This document shows, piece after piece, positions 1-64,000 of a DNA stretch of 64,000 bases (the first letter of the stretch is position 1; each line of letters begins with the position of its first letter). The position numbers were made by a program, and so were the translations under genes. The DNA comes from Eledone cirrhosa (taxonomy: Eukaryota): contig OZ024749.1 in assembly GCA_964016885.1 (NCBI GenBank), positions 14,694,001-14,758,000 on the forward strand. Reading direction: 5' to 3'. The notes below the pieces were generated by a model, which saw only the letters and a list, made by a program, of their open reading frames with translations, made no database searches and was not told where the DNA came from.

Positions 1-632
1 CACATTACTCTATATATACTATTATATTTTCATGGTAAAGGCTTTACCTCACATAACATTCACATTACTCTATATATACTATTATATTTTCAAGGTAAAG
101 ACTTTACCTCACATAACATTCACATTACTCTATATATACTAATGTATTTTCATGGTAAAGGCTTTACCACATTACTCTATATATACTATTATATTTTCAT
201 GGTAAAGACTTTACCTCACATAACATTCACATTACTCTATATATACTATTATATTTTCATGGTAAAGGCTTTACCTCACATAACATTCACATTACTCTAT
301 ATATACTATTATATTTTCATGGTAAAGGCTTTACCTCACATAACATTCACATTACTCTATATATACTATTATATTTTCATGGTAAAGGCTTTACCACACA
401 TAATTATCTCACATAATATCGAATCTATGAGATTTTGAAAGTATTTATTTTGAGAACAATACCTTAACATCAGTTTGAGTGACTAGTTACAGCCAGTTTC
501 AACAGAAAGAGGTAGAGAATTCTGGCAGGTTTGAACACTAAAGGGTTAATGTTGGTATAAGCAGCTGGTTTGAACAGAAATAGGTGAGAGAATTCTGGCT
601 GGATATGGCCAGTTTAAATGCTAACGAGTTAA
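1..632. mobile_element. piggyBac-like MITE A with at least ~7 internal 60-bp units (cut by window edge), right end partly duplicated
   Basis: 60-bp array 1-420 runs into gaatctatgagattttga...ctaaagggttaa, the MITE right half. Confidence 0.8.
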
Positions 633-772
633 AACAGTTTTGTATCAGAGAATCATGGTTGGTTTTAGGTGGCCTGGTATCAAAAGGGTTTAATTTGACT
701 AGCACCTCAAATCAAGCCTCAATAGGGTCAACCAATGTTTTGGTTTAATATTTAGGGGCCATGTGTACTTAC

Positions 773-63280
<62,508 letters not shown>

Positions 63281-63370
63281 CTGCAAAAGTAACAAGACAA
63301 ACTGAAGGTGAGGAGGAGGACAAGAAGAAGGTGATGGGCTTATTAAGACATCTCTCTCTCTATATATATA

Positions 63371-63889
63371 TACGGAGTAGGCAGACCCAGAGAAACCTGG
63401 GACGATTTGATAAATTCCGACCTCACACACACCTCTCCAAGACAATGTCACTGGACTGAGATCTTTGGTGCTACACAGTAATACAGAAGACACGCCTTGC
63501 CTATGTACAAAGCGAAACCTACAGTCAGTAGGCACCTCCTAACCAAATATACACCCTCATCCCACCCCTTTCTCTGTAAAGTTATGCTGGTACCACAACA
63601 TCCAGTACTAAATAAATCAGACTGTGTAAGTGTCACGACAAAAAAAAAAAAAAAAAAAAAAAAAAAACGCAGTCCATGTTGTAATGTGGCCGTGTAGGTA
63701 ACACGGTAAAAAGTTCCCAGTTCCACACTGTAAACGTGGTTGGTGTTAGGAGGGGCATCCAGCCGTAGAAAACATGCCAGAGAGTCCTATACGAGTGTAA
63801 CACGGCCACCCGACCAACCTTGCCTCAAGTGGGACAACTCCCGTCTAAACCCATGCTAGCGTGGAAGATAGACATTAAACGATGATGAT
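63371..63889 (+). mobile_element. 5'-truncated copy of the RTE LINE (last ~45 codons + 3' UTR + (GAT)n)
   Basis: cacacctctccaagacaatgtcactggac etc. shared with 51148-51680; flanked by (TA)n on both sides. Confidence 0.9.
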
Positions 63890-64000
63890 TATATATATAT
63901 ATAGGTTATTATGTTAGTAACTTCTAGTGTTGATTAAGAGTCGGGATCCAATCGCATGATCAAACCTGGGCTGATCGATACAAAAACAATTGTAATATGA

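Overview
Eukaryotic, AT-rich, microsatellite-saturated DNA; the repeat landscape ((TA)n, (GAT)n-tailed RTE/SINE copies, CCCTTT-ended MITEs) looks like an octopus/coleoid cephalopod genome (inference). The whole window is the interior of one minus-strand gene: by hand I recovered 11 short GT-AG exons (63138-63280 down to 773-885, 1226 coding nt, all intron phases compatible) that splice into an FNDC3-family protein fragment with four fibronectin type III repeats; start and stop lie outside the window. The introns hold one apparently intact RTE-clade LINE (48117-51284, APE endonuclease + RT with a PHD-type C4HC3 finger inserted in the RT C-terminal region), many truncated copies and tRNA-derived SINEs sharing its 3' end, piggyBac-, hAT- and mariner-like MITEs, Penelope-like remnants with degenerate hammerhead motifs, long palindromes and over 25 kb of mini/microsatellites, at least two of which visibly grew out of transposon sequence. 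Almost all other ORFs in the supplied track are repeat artefacts. Coordinates were counted by eye; repeat boundaries are approximate.
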